A stretch of DNA of 64,000 bases from Chiloscyllium plagiosum. Its lineage: Eukaryota. Below, in pieces: positions 50,551 to 61,394 of this stretch; within the stretch, counting starts at the first letter, position 1; the number at the start of each line of letters is the position of its first letter. The notes under the pieces were generated by a model that was given only the letters and a program-made list of their open reading frames with translations, was not told the origin of the DNA and did not search any database. Where the stretch lies: positions 37,943,152 through 38,007,151 of the forward strand of contig NC_057718.1 in NCBI RefSeq assembly GCF_004010195.1. The letters run 5' to 3'. Position numbers and translations under genes: made by a program.

Positions 50551-52609
50551 ATGTATGTGAATAATTTTCATAATTTTCCAATCTGCCATTGGCCAAGTAT
50601 GTTTTACACTCTTGTTCAAATAGGGTATAAAGATGAATTCTGTAACTACAGGCCAGTCAGTTTAATCCTGATGCTGAGCAAGGTGTACAAGTGGTAATAT
50701 CACTAAAGTAATCCAGAGGCTCAAGATGCTGCTGCAGGGAATAAAAACAAAATGCTTGAGAAATTCAGTAGGTTTGGCAACAAACATTCAGAAAGAAACA
50801 GTTAACATATCAAGTTCAACATGAGTCACTTCATTCAATGTTCACCATCTGCTACTGTGGAATTCGAACTCATTTCCACACAGCTATCATCTGGGGTTCT
50901 AGATGATTAATTCAGTAATATTAGCATCATATCACTGTTTCTTATTATGACAGATCGCCAGGATCCATAGTACCTTGTATCCACTTTAATGGTCTTGGGA
51001 GATGAATTTGAATCTCACACAGCAAATGGCAAAATATGACCTCAAATAATAAAAGTGGAATTAAAATTTAGTCTAATACTAACAATGAAACCATTGGCAG
51101 GATGTTATAACCCATCTAGATCACTCAAATATTTTTTTTAAATAACATCTGCTGCCTTACTTGGTCCAGTCTGCATGTGACACCTGAGCCAGAGCAACAT
51201 AAGTGACCTTTAAATGTCTTCTGAAGTGGGTTAGCAAGCCACTCAATTATATCAGACTATTATCAAGTTTTAAAAAAGAAATTATACTGGATGATCACCT
51301 GTTAATAGTCTAAACAGTGGAATTGGCAATAACAAACACAAGCCTGTCGATCCTGAAAAGTTCTTTGTGCTAACATTTGGAAGTTTGTGTCAAACCTGAA
51401 TCAACTATCAAGCAACAGCTGACAGGTCATACTCATGAACCTGTAATAAATATCATCATCACCATCCCTGGCTTTGTCTTGCCTTGTCCCACCAACACAA
51501 TAAACTCAACAGGGGTAATAACACAAACAGGGAGTTGCCCTCGGTGTCTTCAGCATTGACTCTGGAGCCCATGCAGTCTCATGGCATCAGCTCAAACAAG
51601 AAACAGGGAGCCTTGTGCTGATTACCACCTCCAGCCCAAATCACTTCCCAACCTGATGAATCCATACTCTTCCATATTAAACAACAGTTGCAAGAAGTAC
51701 TGAGGGTGGGAATGGCACTGAATGCACTTTGAGAGGGAGACTTCAATATCCATCACCAAGAGTTGCTTGGTTCCACCATTCCTGACTATGTTGGCCATGT
51801 TCAAAAGGAAAAAGTTGTTAAACTGGATTTGTGGCACGTGGCAAGGGAACAACTTAGAGGGAAAAATCTGAGCCAATTTCAGTGATTACCATTTAAGTCC
51901 CCGACAGAAAGTACATTTTATTCTCGTCATATACATTGCCCAAATTGTTCAACATGTATGAATTCATCAGCAAGAGATGCAGTAGGTGGTACTCAACAGG
52001 TTTCCTCATCCATGTTTGACTTGATGACAAGACTTCATGGGGTCTGGAGCCAATTATTTACTATTAAAATCTTAGGGCAATTACTCACTAACTGTGCATC
52101 ACCATGTCACCGAATCTGGTGGATCTGTCCTGCCTCTGTAAGGAACGACTGAATGACTCACTATGGCATACGATTCACGATGTTAAGTTGCGGCTTGTTC
52201 ATTGAACAGTTCTCTCAATTTTGGCACAAGCCCCAAAACATTGACAAGGACTTTTCAAGGGTGATTGGGCCGGTTATCTATTGATTTGTTTCTGGTGCCT
52301 AATTCAAAGCTGGGTGGTCCACTTTCTAACTGTTTGGTAGAACTGAATGACTTGCTTGGCCATTTCAGAGGACACAAAGAAATGTTTTCCCCATAGTGTC
52401 ACATCTCAGCCAGACCAGGTAAAGAGCACAGATCTCCTTCCCTAAAGGACAAGTGAAAGGTAGATTTTTTGGACCAGTGTAGTGGAGTTCCTGGACAGCT
52501 GGTGTAAGGAACACTGCTCTTCTTAATATATATTCATGAACTAGAGATGGCAGTACAAGGCATATTTCACAACTTGCAGACAATACTAAACTTGCAAGTG
52601 AGAATGTTA

Positions 52610-53400
52610 GTGTACAACTCAAAAAGGACAAGTTAATAAAATTAGCAGGGGATTGGAGGATGAAATTTAAATCAGAGAGGTGTTAAATGAATCATTTTGC
52701 TCAGAAGAACAGAGACACAATATAAAATAAAGAGTACAACACTGAAAAGAAATACAAGAGCAGAAGTAGCTAAATGCATTTATGTATACATCATTGAGGG
52801 AGGCATGGCAAGTTCCAAGAAGGAAATAATAACGGAATTCTGAGCTTTACTGAGAGGGGAACAATTTTAAAAAACAAGGAATTTATATTAAGTCAGCAGA
52901 AAATACTGATATGGCCTTAAGTGGAATATTGCATCCAGTTCTGGACACATGTAAGGAAGTGCAGAAAAGATTTGAGAGAATAATTCCAAGGATGAGGAAT
53001 CTTTGTCACATGGATAAAGTAGAAAACTTGGGACTGTTTTCCTTGGCCAAAAGGTGATTGGTTAAATGTACTCAAAATCACAAGGGGTTTGGACAGAGAA
53101 AATAGGGACAACTTCTCCCATTGGTGGAAGGATCAAAAATCAGATGGCAGAGGTTAATGAAGAAGCAATGGCGGAAGCAAGCCAAGTCCTTTTTCACAGT
53201 GTAGTTAGGAATCTGGAATGCGCTGCAGACGCTGTGACAAAGACATACTCAGTTATGGCAGTCAAGTGAGTTATCCGAAGAAGAAGAATGCAGAGGAAAA
53301 CAGGGAAAAGGCAGGAGTGGCACTAGCTGAATTGCTCCTCAGCGAGTGAGTACAGATATGAATGGTCATTTGACCTTCTTCTATGCTGTAAACATTTTAT
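52610..53400 (+). mobile_element. Decayed CR1 3' fragment
   Basis: EYCIQFW remnant and CR1 3' UTR. Confidence 0.65.
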
Positions 53401-53506
53401 GGTTGAATCACGTTTCAGGTTTAGAATTGGTTTTGATGGGTTTCTATCCCCACCAATTGAAAAACAGTTTGATAATTGGTAAATATCAAATGTGCATTAT
53501 ACTCAC

Positions 53507-53568
53507 AAGGGGCAATAGCTCTGGAAACTTGTAAGCCACTTCAGTTTTGCTTAAAAGCACATGCAGAC
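53507..53568 (-). CDS. UBR2: UBR2 exon 2 of 26 (GLHVLLSKTEVAYKFPELLPL)
   Basis: CAG acceptor, GTGAGT donor, 62 nt, phase 1 to 0. Confidence 0.93.
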
Positions 53569-53838
53569 CTGAGATGAAAAAGTGAAATAATCATATGTTA
53601 CTCTTCTTCATCCACAGTTATCTTTGAGAGTTTAGCTTTATTTGAAATTAAATGAAGTGATTCATGATTCATCAAGTGTTTTTAAAATATTATTCCAGTT
53701 TTGAAATATCGTAACTATTTTGCAATAAATGACACTATCACAAATATCACAGAACCCTTGTTACCCATGTCACAAAAAACATCTACAATTTGCTATGGCA
53801 AATTCTTTGCATCAAAATAGAAGAAACCATTTTATTTT

Positions 53839-54634
53839 GTGCAGATGATGCATTTTGGAAGATCCAATTCGAGAACGAACTATACGTTAAATGGACATGC
53901 CCTGGGGAAAATTGATGTACAGAGAGATCGGGGTGTTCAGGTCCATTGTACCCAGATGATGGCAAGCCAGGTCAATAGAGTGGTCAAGGAGGCATATGAC
54001 ATGCCTTCCTTCAATGGACGGGGAATTGAGTACAAGTGTTGGCAGGTCATGTTACAGCTTTCTATGATTTTGATTTGGCCACGTTTGGAATAATGCATAC
54101 AGTTCTGGCTGCCACATTACTAAAAGGATGTGGATGCTTTGGAAGGGTACAGAGGAGGTTCACCAGGATGTTACCTGGTATGCAAGGCATTAGCTATGAA
54201 GACAGGTTGACTAAATCAGGTTTATTTTCATTAGAAAGATGGAAGTTGAGGAGGGACCTGATTGCAGTCATACAAATCATGAGACGTATAGACAGGGTGG
54301 ATACCAAGAAGCCCCCCACCCCCACCCCACGGGCTACTCAATAACTCGGGTCACGATTTCAAGGTGAGAGGGGAAAAGTTTAAGGGAAATATATATATAA
54401 AAAGTTCTTTATGCAGAGGGTGGTTGATGCCTGGAATGCATTGCCAGCGGTGGTGGCAGAGGCAGACACGGTAGCATCATTTAAGACATTTCTAGACAGA
54501 TACATGAATGGGCAGGGAGCATAGGGATACAGATCCTTAGCAAGTAGGCGGCAGGTTTAGATACAGGATCTGGATCGGCGCAGGCTTGGAGGGCCGAAGG
54601 GCCTGTTCCTGTTCTGTAATTCTTATTTGTTCTA
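53839..54634 (+). mobile_element. CR1 LINE 3' fragment
   Basis: MHFGRSN and RVQRRFTRMLPG; tail GGGCCGAAGGGCCTGTTCCTGTTCTGTAAT. Confidence 0.88.
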
Positions 54635-55462
54635 GGATTTGACATATAATCAATTTTCTAAGTGATTAAACCTGCCTATAAAGATTGGCACTGTTAACAT
54701 CTGATAAACAGAGTTTCACCTTGCAACAGCTTCATGTTAACCCTAAAAACTCCTCCAAACTCTCCCTACGACTGATCATCAAGTCATTACTTCCCAAACT
54801 ACAACTGATCCTATCAGTCCAAGTCAGGAGATTTTCCCTTATAGTCCCCCAACTCAGCACATCATGCTTCCACCTCTTTGCCAATGTCGACAAGCAGGAC
54901 TCCATTCATCATGTCCTGCCAATGTGATAAAGACCGATTAACATATATTCTGTTTTGAGCCAGGCAATCAATCTTCCATTCATGTTAGTATGTTACGCCC
55001 TACACCATGGGTTTTATTTTCTACAATAGCCTTTCACGTGACGTGACATCTTATCTTTGAAAAGAAAAAGGCGCTGTGCACTACAGAATTAGATTAATTT
55101 TCTTTTTTCTAGGAAATATTACTGCAGATGATGGAAACCTGAAGGAAAAAACAGAAAATGCTGTAAATAGTTGGCATATCAGCTAGGATCCATGAAGAGG
55201 AAAACAGAGTAAACATTTGAGATCTGTAATCTTGCATCAGAACTCATGAAACACCTCCACAGATGCTGCCTGACCAACTTGATTAGTTCTAGCAATGTTT
55301 TGAATTAATACAAATAGTAGACAAAACTGGCAAAAGTGGATTTAATTAAAATGGATATTCACTAGTTTTGTTAATCAAGAGCTCATAAGCAGAATACCAA
55401 AATATTCTTGCTCGCATGTACAAAATGATCTAATGTCTGATGAAGAAAAAAAGCACCAATCT

Positions 55463-56211
55463 TTATGGAAAATAAAGAACATGAAAGCATGGGAATGGTT
55501 AAAGCATGAAGGCTACTGGCAATCTGTGGTTTGTGGAAGGCAAGATGGGATAACCGTAGTGGAATGTTCTTACACCAATTAGCAGAGTAAGGTTAAGGCT
55601 GAAAGGTCACTATGGTGAGATGAGATAACACAAGTAATAAAGCAAGTTTCTCGGTTAAGTGTTATTATGACAGGATTGGGACCATAAATATTTGGCACAT
55701 GACATTAAACTATCTAATTAGTAGTTAGTACAGTCATCTTGAGACAGGAGACTATTGTAATAGATGGAATAGCTAAATATCTATCATGACAGGTTCGTCT
55801 GGAATGGACGATCACTGTAGCAGAGCTGATAATAAATATCTAATCATGACATTAGGAAAATATTAAGTAGCGTCTGGAATGAAAGACCATCATTGCAAGA
55901 GTTAGCACTAAATATCTAACTGTGACATTAGAATAACATTAAGTAGAATGCACAACTAAAAAGATAATGGGAACTAACATCATTGGTTTATTGTGTAGCT
56001 GGAGTTAGGTACTTTGACTAATATAGTTGGACATGCTGATAAGCTAACAGAAACATGATAAAAAAAATATTAAAATCCACTGACTCAGAGGTTCGGGGGC
56101 ATTTGAGAATCTGTTTTCTCAGTGTCACGGTTTTTTGTCTGCAAATAAAAGGCCTACTTCTTGAGGAACTCTCTGCGTCTCCTGGTGATTCTCTATATTT
56201 TCTCCACAACA
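55463..56211 (+). mobile_element. Probable solo LTR
   Basis: Ends TTTTCTCCACAACA with a weak inverted match at the 5' end; internal repeats TAAATATCTA..CATGACA; AATAAA at about 56143. Confidence 0.5.
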
Positions 56212-56649
56212 TCTTCAATTAAAACAAAACATTTTCGAAAAAAAGTCTTTTAAAGAACGACAATACTCATCACAAATCAAGCTACAAGGCCCATAACCAA
56301 TGTCTGTAAAGCACTGGTGCTGCAACTCAAATCTTGTCAGCTGAAATTAATCAAGTTATCTTTCAGCTTAAAAAACAATTAAATGGACATACACAACACG
56401 CATAATTTTAAGTGATGAAAGGAGTAATGAACAATGTCCTTGAAGAACACAACAATAGCAATACGGGTACAGACTGTTGCTCAATTTGAGCTTCACAACA
56501 ACTAGTCACCTACGTAGCCACAAACATTATAGCTTTGATGCAGATATGGATTCTAAGAACTGTACTGTAGAAAAGAAGCAAGTTTAATAACAGTCCAAGT
56601 CAGGAGAAACACCCATTTAGTTCCATTCTTAGCTATTCAGAGGAAGCTA

Positions 56650-57760
56650 GAGAACCATTTGCAAAGTTTTTATTTCAAATCCATGCACTAAGAGCTCTGC
56701 TGATCCCCCAAGAGTCTATTCATGACTGCCTTCATTGTCTTAACTACTCCCCTCAGAAACATAAATTGAAAACATATGAAGTGCCACCAATTCTCTCTCA
56801 TCACCACCTCTCTGGGCCCTTAAACTGAACTCGGATTTTCATAAAGCTCATCTTATATCTAATACTAGATAAACAGACATGTCCTCTGATTAAAACTCAA
56901 GACGACTCCACCCATGATCTTTGGTCCCCATCATTAACTCCAGTCTTGTCCTTTGTGTCCATCATAGCAATCGTTTGAAGCCAAATTAAATTGCTCATAC
57001 AAAACACAACTGGAAGGTTGCAGAGGTGAGTTTCCAACCACATACACCCTCCAGCACTAATACTATCTACATCCAAGTTAATTATATGACCTGACTTCAA
57101 ACCTGTCAGAGCTCACCAGTTGCTGAAATGCATAGGCTTTGTTTTTGTCTCCAGGTTTAACTATTTCAATACTCTTCTGGCTAGTCACTCATCTTTAACC
57201 TTCCATAAATTTGTGGTCATCCAAAATTTGCTGCCCATATTTGAACAAACATAACACGCACACACAAACAAACAAACACGCACACACAAACAAACACACA
57301 CAAACAAACACACACAAACAAACACACACATAGTCAAGTTCACTCGTTATTCTTGTACTTGCTGTATTACACTGGCTCCCTATCCATCAAAGCCTCAATT
57401 TTCATCTTTGTTTTAGAATGCCTATTTGCTTCTGCTTCTCCTCAACATTTCCTGCAGTCTGACGTGCCTTGAAGATCTAAGCACTCTGCTCCTTTTGGCC
57501 TTCTGCATATTCCTGATTCTAAACAAGTTTTTCACTGGCATCTGTGCTTTCAGCTGCCTTGGCCCTAAGCTCTTGGTTTCACTCGAAGAACATTTTCAAA
57601 TTTATACTCTTCCTACTTTTTCAAAGTCCTATTATAAACTTATCCCTTTGACCAAGTTTGGTCCACCTCCTATTGTGATTCAAAGTCAAAATGTTTCACT
57701 TGATAATACTCTTGTTAAGTGTTTTCCGGGTGCTGCGCATCACTAAAGGACCTATATAAA
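56650..57760 (+). mobile_element. Decayed L2-like LINE 3' portion containing a microsatellite
   Basis: L2-type remnants (HAFV.SR..Y.N.LLA, IQN.AA, LHWLP). Confidence 0.55.
57244..57330 (+). repeat. Compound (CA)n/(CAAA)n microsatellite
   Basis: Direct reading. Confidence 0.9.
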
Positions 57761-57910
57761 TAGACCATGCTAATCCTCCAGAGCCACATGCAATTGCACA
57801 AGAGCACCTTAAATAATGTGACTCAAAATGAACATTTTCAGCTGCATTATCTAAACCATATGACAGCTAAAGTTGGCAAAATATTAACCTGTGCTATATA
57901 ATAATTATCT

Positions 57911-58102
57911 AGGAGAAAATGAGGATTGCAGATGCTGGAGATCGGAGTCAAAAAGTGCAGTGCTGGAAAAGCACTGCCCATTAGGTAGCAGCAGAGGAGC
58001 AGGAGAGTCGCGTTGATGAAGAGTTTATGCTCAAAACGTTGACTCTCCTGCTCCTCGAATGCTGCCTGACTGGCTGTGCTTTTCCAGCGCCACACTTCCT
58101 GA
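57911..58102. mobile_element. Fold-back Penelope-type mini element, family A, older copy
   Basis: Inverted arms; 17-bp TSD with 2 mismatches (57894-57910 and 58103-58119); decayed core TGATGAAGAGTTTATGCTCAAAACGTTG. Confidence 0.75.
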
Positions 58103-58861
58103 CTATATAATGATCATCTCAATTAAAGGAATTTTCAGACAGCTGCTCTTAACCTTGAAGGGCATTTGTATTATCAGTCACAACTGATCAAACGTTTAAC
58201 TAAATCAGTAACACCACACTACATCTCCAACAGCAGGAAGATGATGGGAACAAGATGACAAGTACCTCTCATTTTCTGAGAACTTAAAGCTGAACCAGTC
58301 TTAAGACTGTATCAGGGTGATATTTGGAGATAGTGTTCCATTCAGGTCACTGAAACACCACGAAGACGACCTACATCCATGTTAAAACTGATCATCTTTC
58401 TATGCCCGGTCATACACACTCTAATCATGGCTTCCTGTCTTGCACTGAAACAAAATACTTTTTGACAGGTGAACTTTGACTTGACTACTTTCTACATGTG
58501 GATGGTTTTCTTCACCCAACTGCTTCTGTGCCATTTATCAAATTGATCAAACACCTTGCAACTGGACCACCAGTGGTGAATGAACTAACTCTGCTCAAAT
58601 GAAAATTGGCAAGCTTCAAGAAAGTTCACTTTCTAACAGGGTAGAGAATTCATATTTGCTGGATCAGTAACTGAGCAATTAAATAAGGTCTCACATAGAC
58701 TTAGATCTTACAATTATATTCGAAAAATATATACTTTTCACAGAAATATTATCTTGAAAAGTAAACTCTTCACTGTCCACAGATACTGCATGACTACTGA
58801 ATGCTTCTAGCATGTTTTAAATTTTCAATTTTAAGTTCATTAAAATTATACACATAATTAC

Positions 58862-59045
58862 CTGAAAACAAGCGTGAAACTGGCAAATGGATGCTGACTT
58901 GATGCTGGGATACACGGTACTGTACACTTTCCAGTGTATGCCCACACATACTCAAAATGATAGGCTGCTCACCATCACATAGCCCATTATGACACTGTAA
59001 TAAAACAATCAAACACTTCCTGTAGGCTTCAATTAGAACATTTTC
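58862..59045 (-). CDS. UBR2: UBR2 exon 1 of 26 in window (ENVLIEAYRKCLIVLLQCHNG...HLPVSRLFS)
   Basis: TAG acceptor, GTAATT donor, 184 nt, phase 0 to 1. Confidence 0.93.
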
Positions 59046-59952
59046 CTAGAATAAAAAGAAAATAAAACAAAATTAGACTTAGTTAAATATTAAACATGGA
59101 TACATTGATCAAATGAACTGTAAAGTTTTCAATTTTATATAAATAGTATTACAAGCAGAGCCTGTAAGGGGAGTTCAGCAAGAATTAAACACGTTACAAA
59201 CATTAACTTCAGATGTGAGGAGGAAGAAAAACTTGGAAAATCAGATTTGGCTAGCAGTGAACAGAATTGAAGCTGCAATCAAAATACCGAGAAAATGTCC
59301 TTCACATCAGTTTTAGAAAAGCGTGAACAATCTTTTACACATGGCAACTTCTTCAGATATCTTTCGTCCCATATCTTATCATATCAGAATCAAGTTTATT
59401 TGCTTATGATAACAATTGCTTCCTTCAATATTTTCCTACGAAATGTACTGACAATTTTTGGAGGATATATTTCAGTGGAAATATACTATTGGAGTTAGGG
59501 AACCAACATTGTGAGGGCTCACATCCATGAAACAATACTAAGTAGTTTCATAAAGGAAGTAATGATTCAGAAGCAAGAGAAGATCTTTTGACACTTTCAA
59601 GACTGCTTGTTATTTGAGAAGATCAGGACTGCTCTGATTATAATTTCAACTCTACCTTCTTGTCTACCCTCTGTATTCTTTGACTCTCTTTACTAGCAAA
59701 ATCTATTTTGCTGAGTCTGGAATAAGTTCAAAGCCATAGCCTCCATTAATCTCTGGGGAAGAAAATTCTACAGATTGACAAATCTCTAAACTGAAAAATC
59801 TCTCTTACTTTAGGTTTATTATCCAGGCTCCTCCACAAGAGAAAATATCTTCCCAATATCCACACTAACAAAACCCCTCAGCATCTTAACTTGCAAGATG
59901 TTTGATACCATCCATAACTAACAGCTCGTTGATAGGCACTTCATTCACGAGT

Positions 59953-60169
59953 AGAAAGTGAGGTCTGCAGATGCTGAAGATCAAAGTTGAAACTTTATTG
60001 CTGGAACAGCACAGCAGGTCAGGCAGCATCCAGGGAACAGGAGATTCGACGTTTCGGGCACAGGCCCTTCTTCAGGAATTCCTGAAGAAGGGCCTGTTCC
60101 CGAAACGTCGAATCTCCTGTTCCCTGGATGCTGCCTGACCTGCTGTGCTGTTCCAGCAATAAAGTTTCA
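59953..60169. mobile_element. Young fold-back Penelope-type mini element, family A: 190-bp near-perfect palindrome
   Basis: Arms 59984-60078 and 60079-60173 with one mismatch, centre GAATTC; perfect 15-bp TSD ACTTCATTCACGAGT (59938-59952 and 60170-60184). Confidence 0.88.
60044..60079 (-). ncRNA. Minimal type I hammerhead ribozyme motif (mirror copy on plus strand at 60078-60113)
   Basis: ATTC-CTGAAGA-A-GGGC-CTGT-GCCC-GAAA-C-GTC-GAAT: stem I ATTC/GAAT, CUGANGA and GAAA boxes, stem II, palindromic ACGU stem III, GUC cleavage triplet. Confidence 0.75.
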
Positions 60170-60711
60170 ACTTCATTCACGAGTTTCAGGATTCACTTCC
60201 CCCCCCAACTCCAGATGCACAATGGCAGCAACACATAACATCAACTACAGTACCTCACTGCTCCTTTAACAACACCTTTCAATCTCATTACAAAAAAACA
60301 CAGATACAAAGAAGCACCATCAACCACAAGTTCCCCTCCAAGTCACATACTACCTGACTTAGAACCACATTGCTGTGTCTTTTCTATTGTTGGAATGATA
60401 TCCTGGAATTTCATTCATTTTAAGTGCGAGCAGCAGCGGAGGTAGGATGAACTCGGAAGACTGCAGATAAGGTAAGGCAGGTTTTATTAAAATTACCGGT
60501 AGCGGGCAGCGGTGTTTTTTTCTTTCACAGAAGGAGCGGGAGCAGCGGAGGAAATGACGGGGACCAGAGGGGTAGCCAGGAAGGTAAGCAGTGAATATAA
60601 ATATTCACCCTTCGACGCCAACGGCCATTTTAAGTGCGAGCAGCAGCGGAGAAGGAGCGGAAGCAGTGGAGGAAGTGACGTGGATCGGAGGGGCAGCCGG
60701 GAAGGAAAGCA

Positions 60712-61377
60712 GTGACCATATATATCAGCAAGGCCTTGACCTTGTCCAACAGGTATGAGATTCTTGCTCCCTATATGGATGAGAAAAAGGGCTCTGGACA
60801 GGATAAAGCAGCTGATCACAGCACCATGGTGCATAAGGCCATTCAAGAGGGGGGAGCAAAAAGACAAATAGTTGTTATAGGGGATTCTATAATTAGAGGG
60901 ACAGATAGTATCCTATGCAAGCCGGATCGGGAGTCTCGCATGGTGTGTTGCCTGCCCGGTGCCAGGGTGCGGGACATCTCCGACCAGCTTGAAAGGATAT
61001 TGGAGCGGGAGGGAGAGGATCCAGTTGTTGTGGACCACGTTGGGACTATCAACATAGGCAAAGCTAGGGTGGAGGACCTGTTTGGGGATTATCAAGCACG
61101 AGGAAGGAAATTGAAGTTCAGGACCTCAAGGGTCATAATCTCTGGATTACTGCCCAAGCCACGTGCCAATTGGCATAGGGATAAGAAAATTAGGGAAGTA
61201 AACACGTGGCTAAGGGATTGGTGTGGGAAAGAGGGATTCCACTTCATGGGGCATTGGCATCAGTTTTGGAACAGGGGGGATCTGTACCGTTGGGACGGTC
61301 TCCACCTGAACCGATCAGGTACCAATGTCCTAGCGAAGAGGATAAATAGGGTGGTCAGTAGGACTTTAAACTTCTGA
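60712..61377 (+). pseudogene. CR1 ORF1, SGNH/GDSL esterase domain (N-terminal zinc-finger/coiled-coil part apparently missing)
   Basis: LSNRY, VVIGDSIIRG, CCLPGARV, HVGT, DGLHLN motifs. Confidence 0.85.
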
Positions 61378-61394
61378 GTTGGGGGGAAGGGAAA

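Larger units (their letters stand above)
3008..59045 (-). other. UBR2: UBR2 gene body (internal portion): 26 coding exons, about 933 aa from ENVLIEAYRKC to RQYSG
   Basis: Hand-spliced exons are colinear with vertebrate UBR2 as I recall it ([49 protein letters not shown]2 [18 protein letters not shown]). All introns are GT-AG, phases are compatible and the 2801 nt are open. Confidence 0.95.

Noticed and set aside
3008..59045. UBR1 rather than UBR2
   Set aside because: Motifs such as DGEQPI.LS.CGH, SKTEVAYKFPELLPL, AKEQRRQQRLR and KVHPNEQDPRVP match UBR2 as I recall it; a protein BLAST or phylogeny would confirm.
3008..59045. U12-type or GC-AG introns
   Set aside because: All 26 donors read GT with U2-type context; none has GTATCCTT or ATATCC.
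60712..61377. Cellular or horizontally acquired SGNH hydrolase gene
   Set aside because: It sits directly upstream of the endonuclease-RT ORF2 and is the ordinary esterase-type CR1 ORF1.
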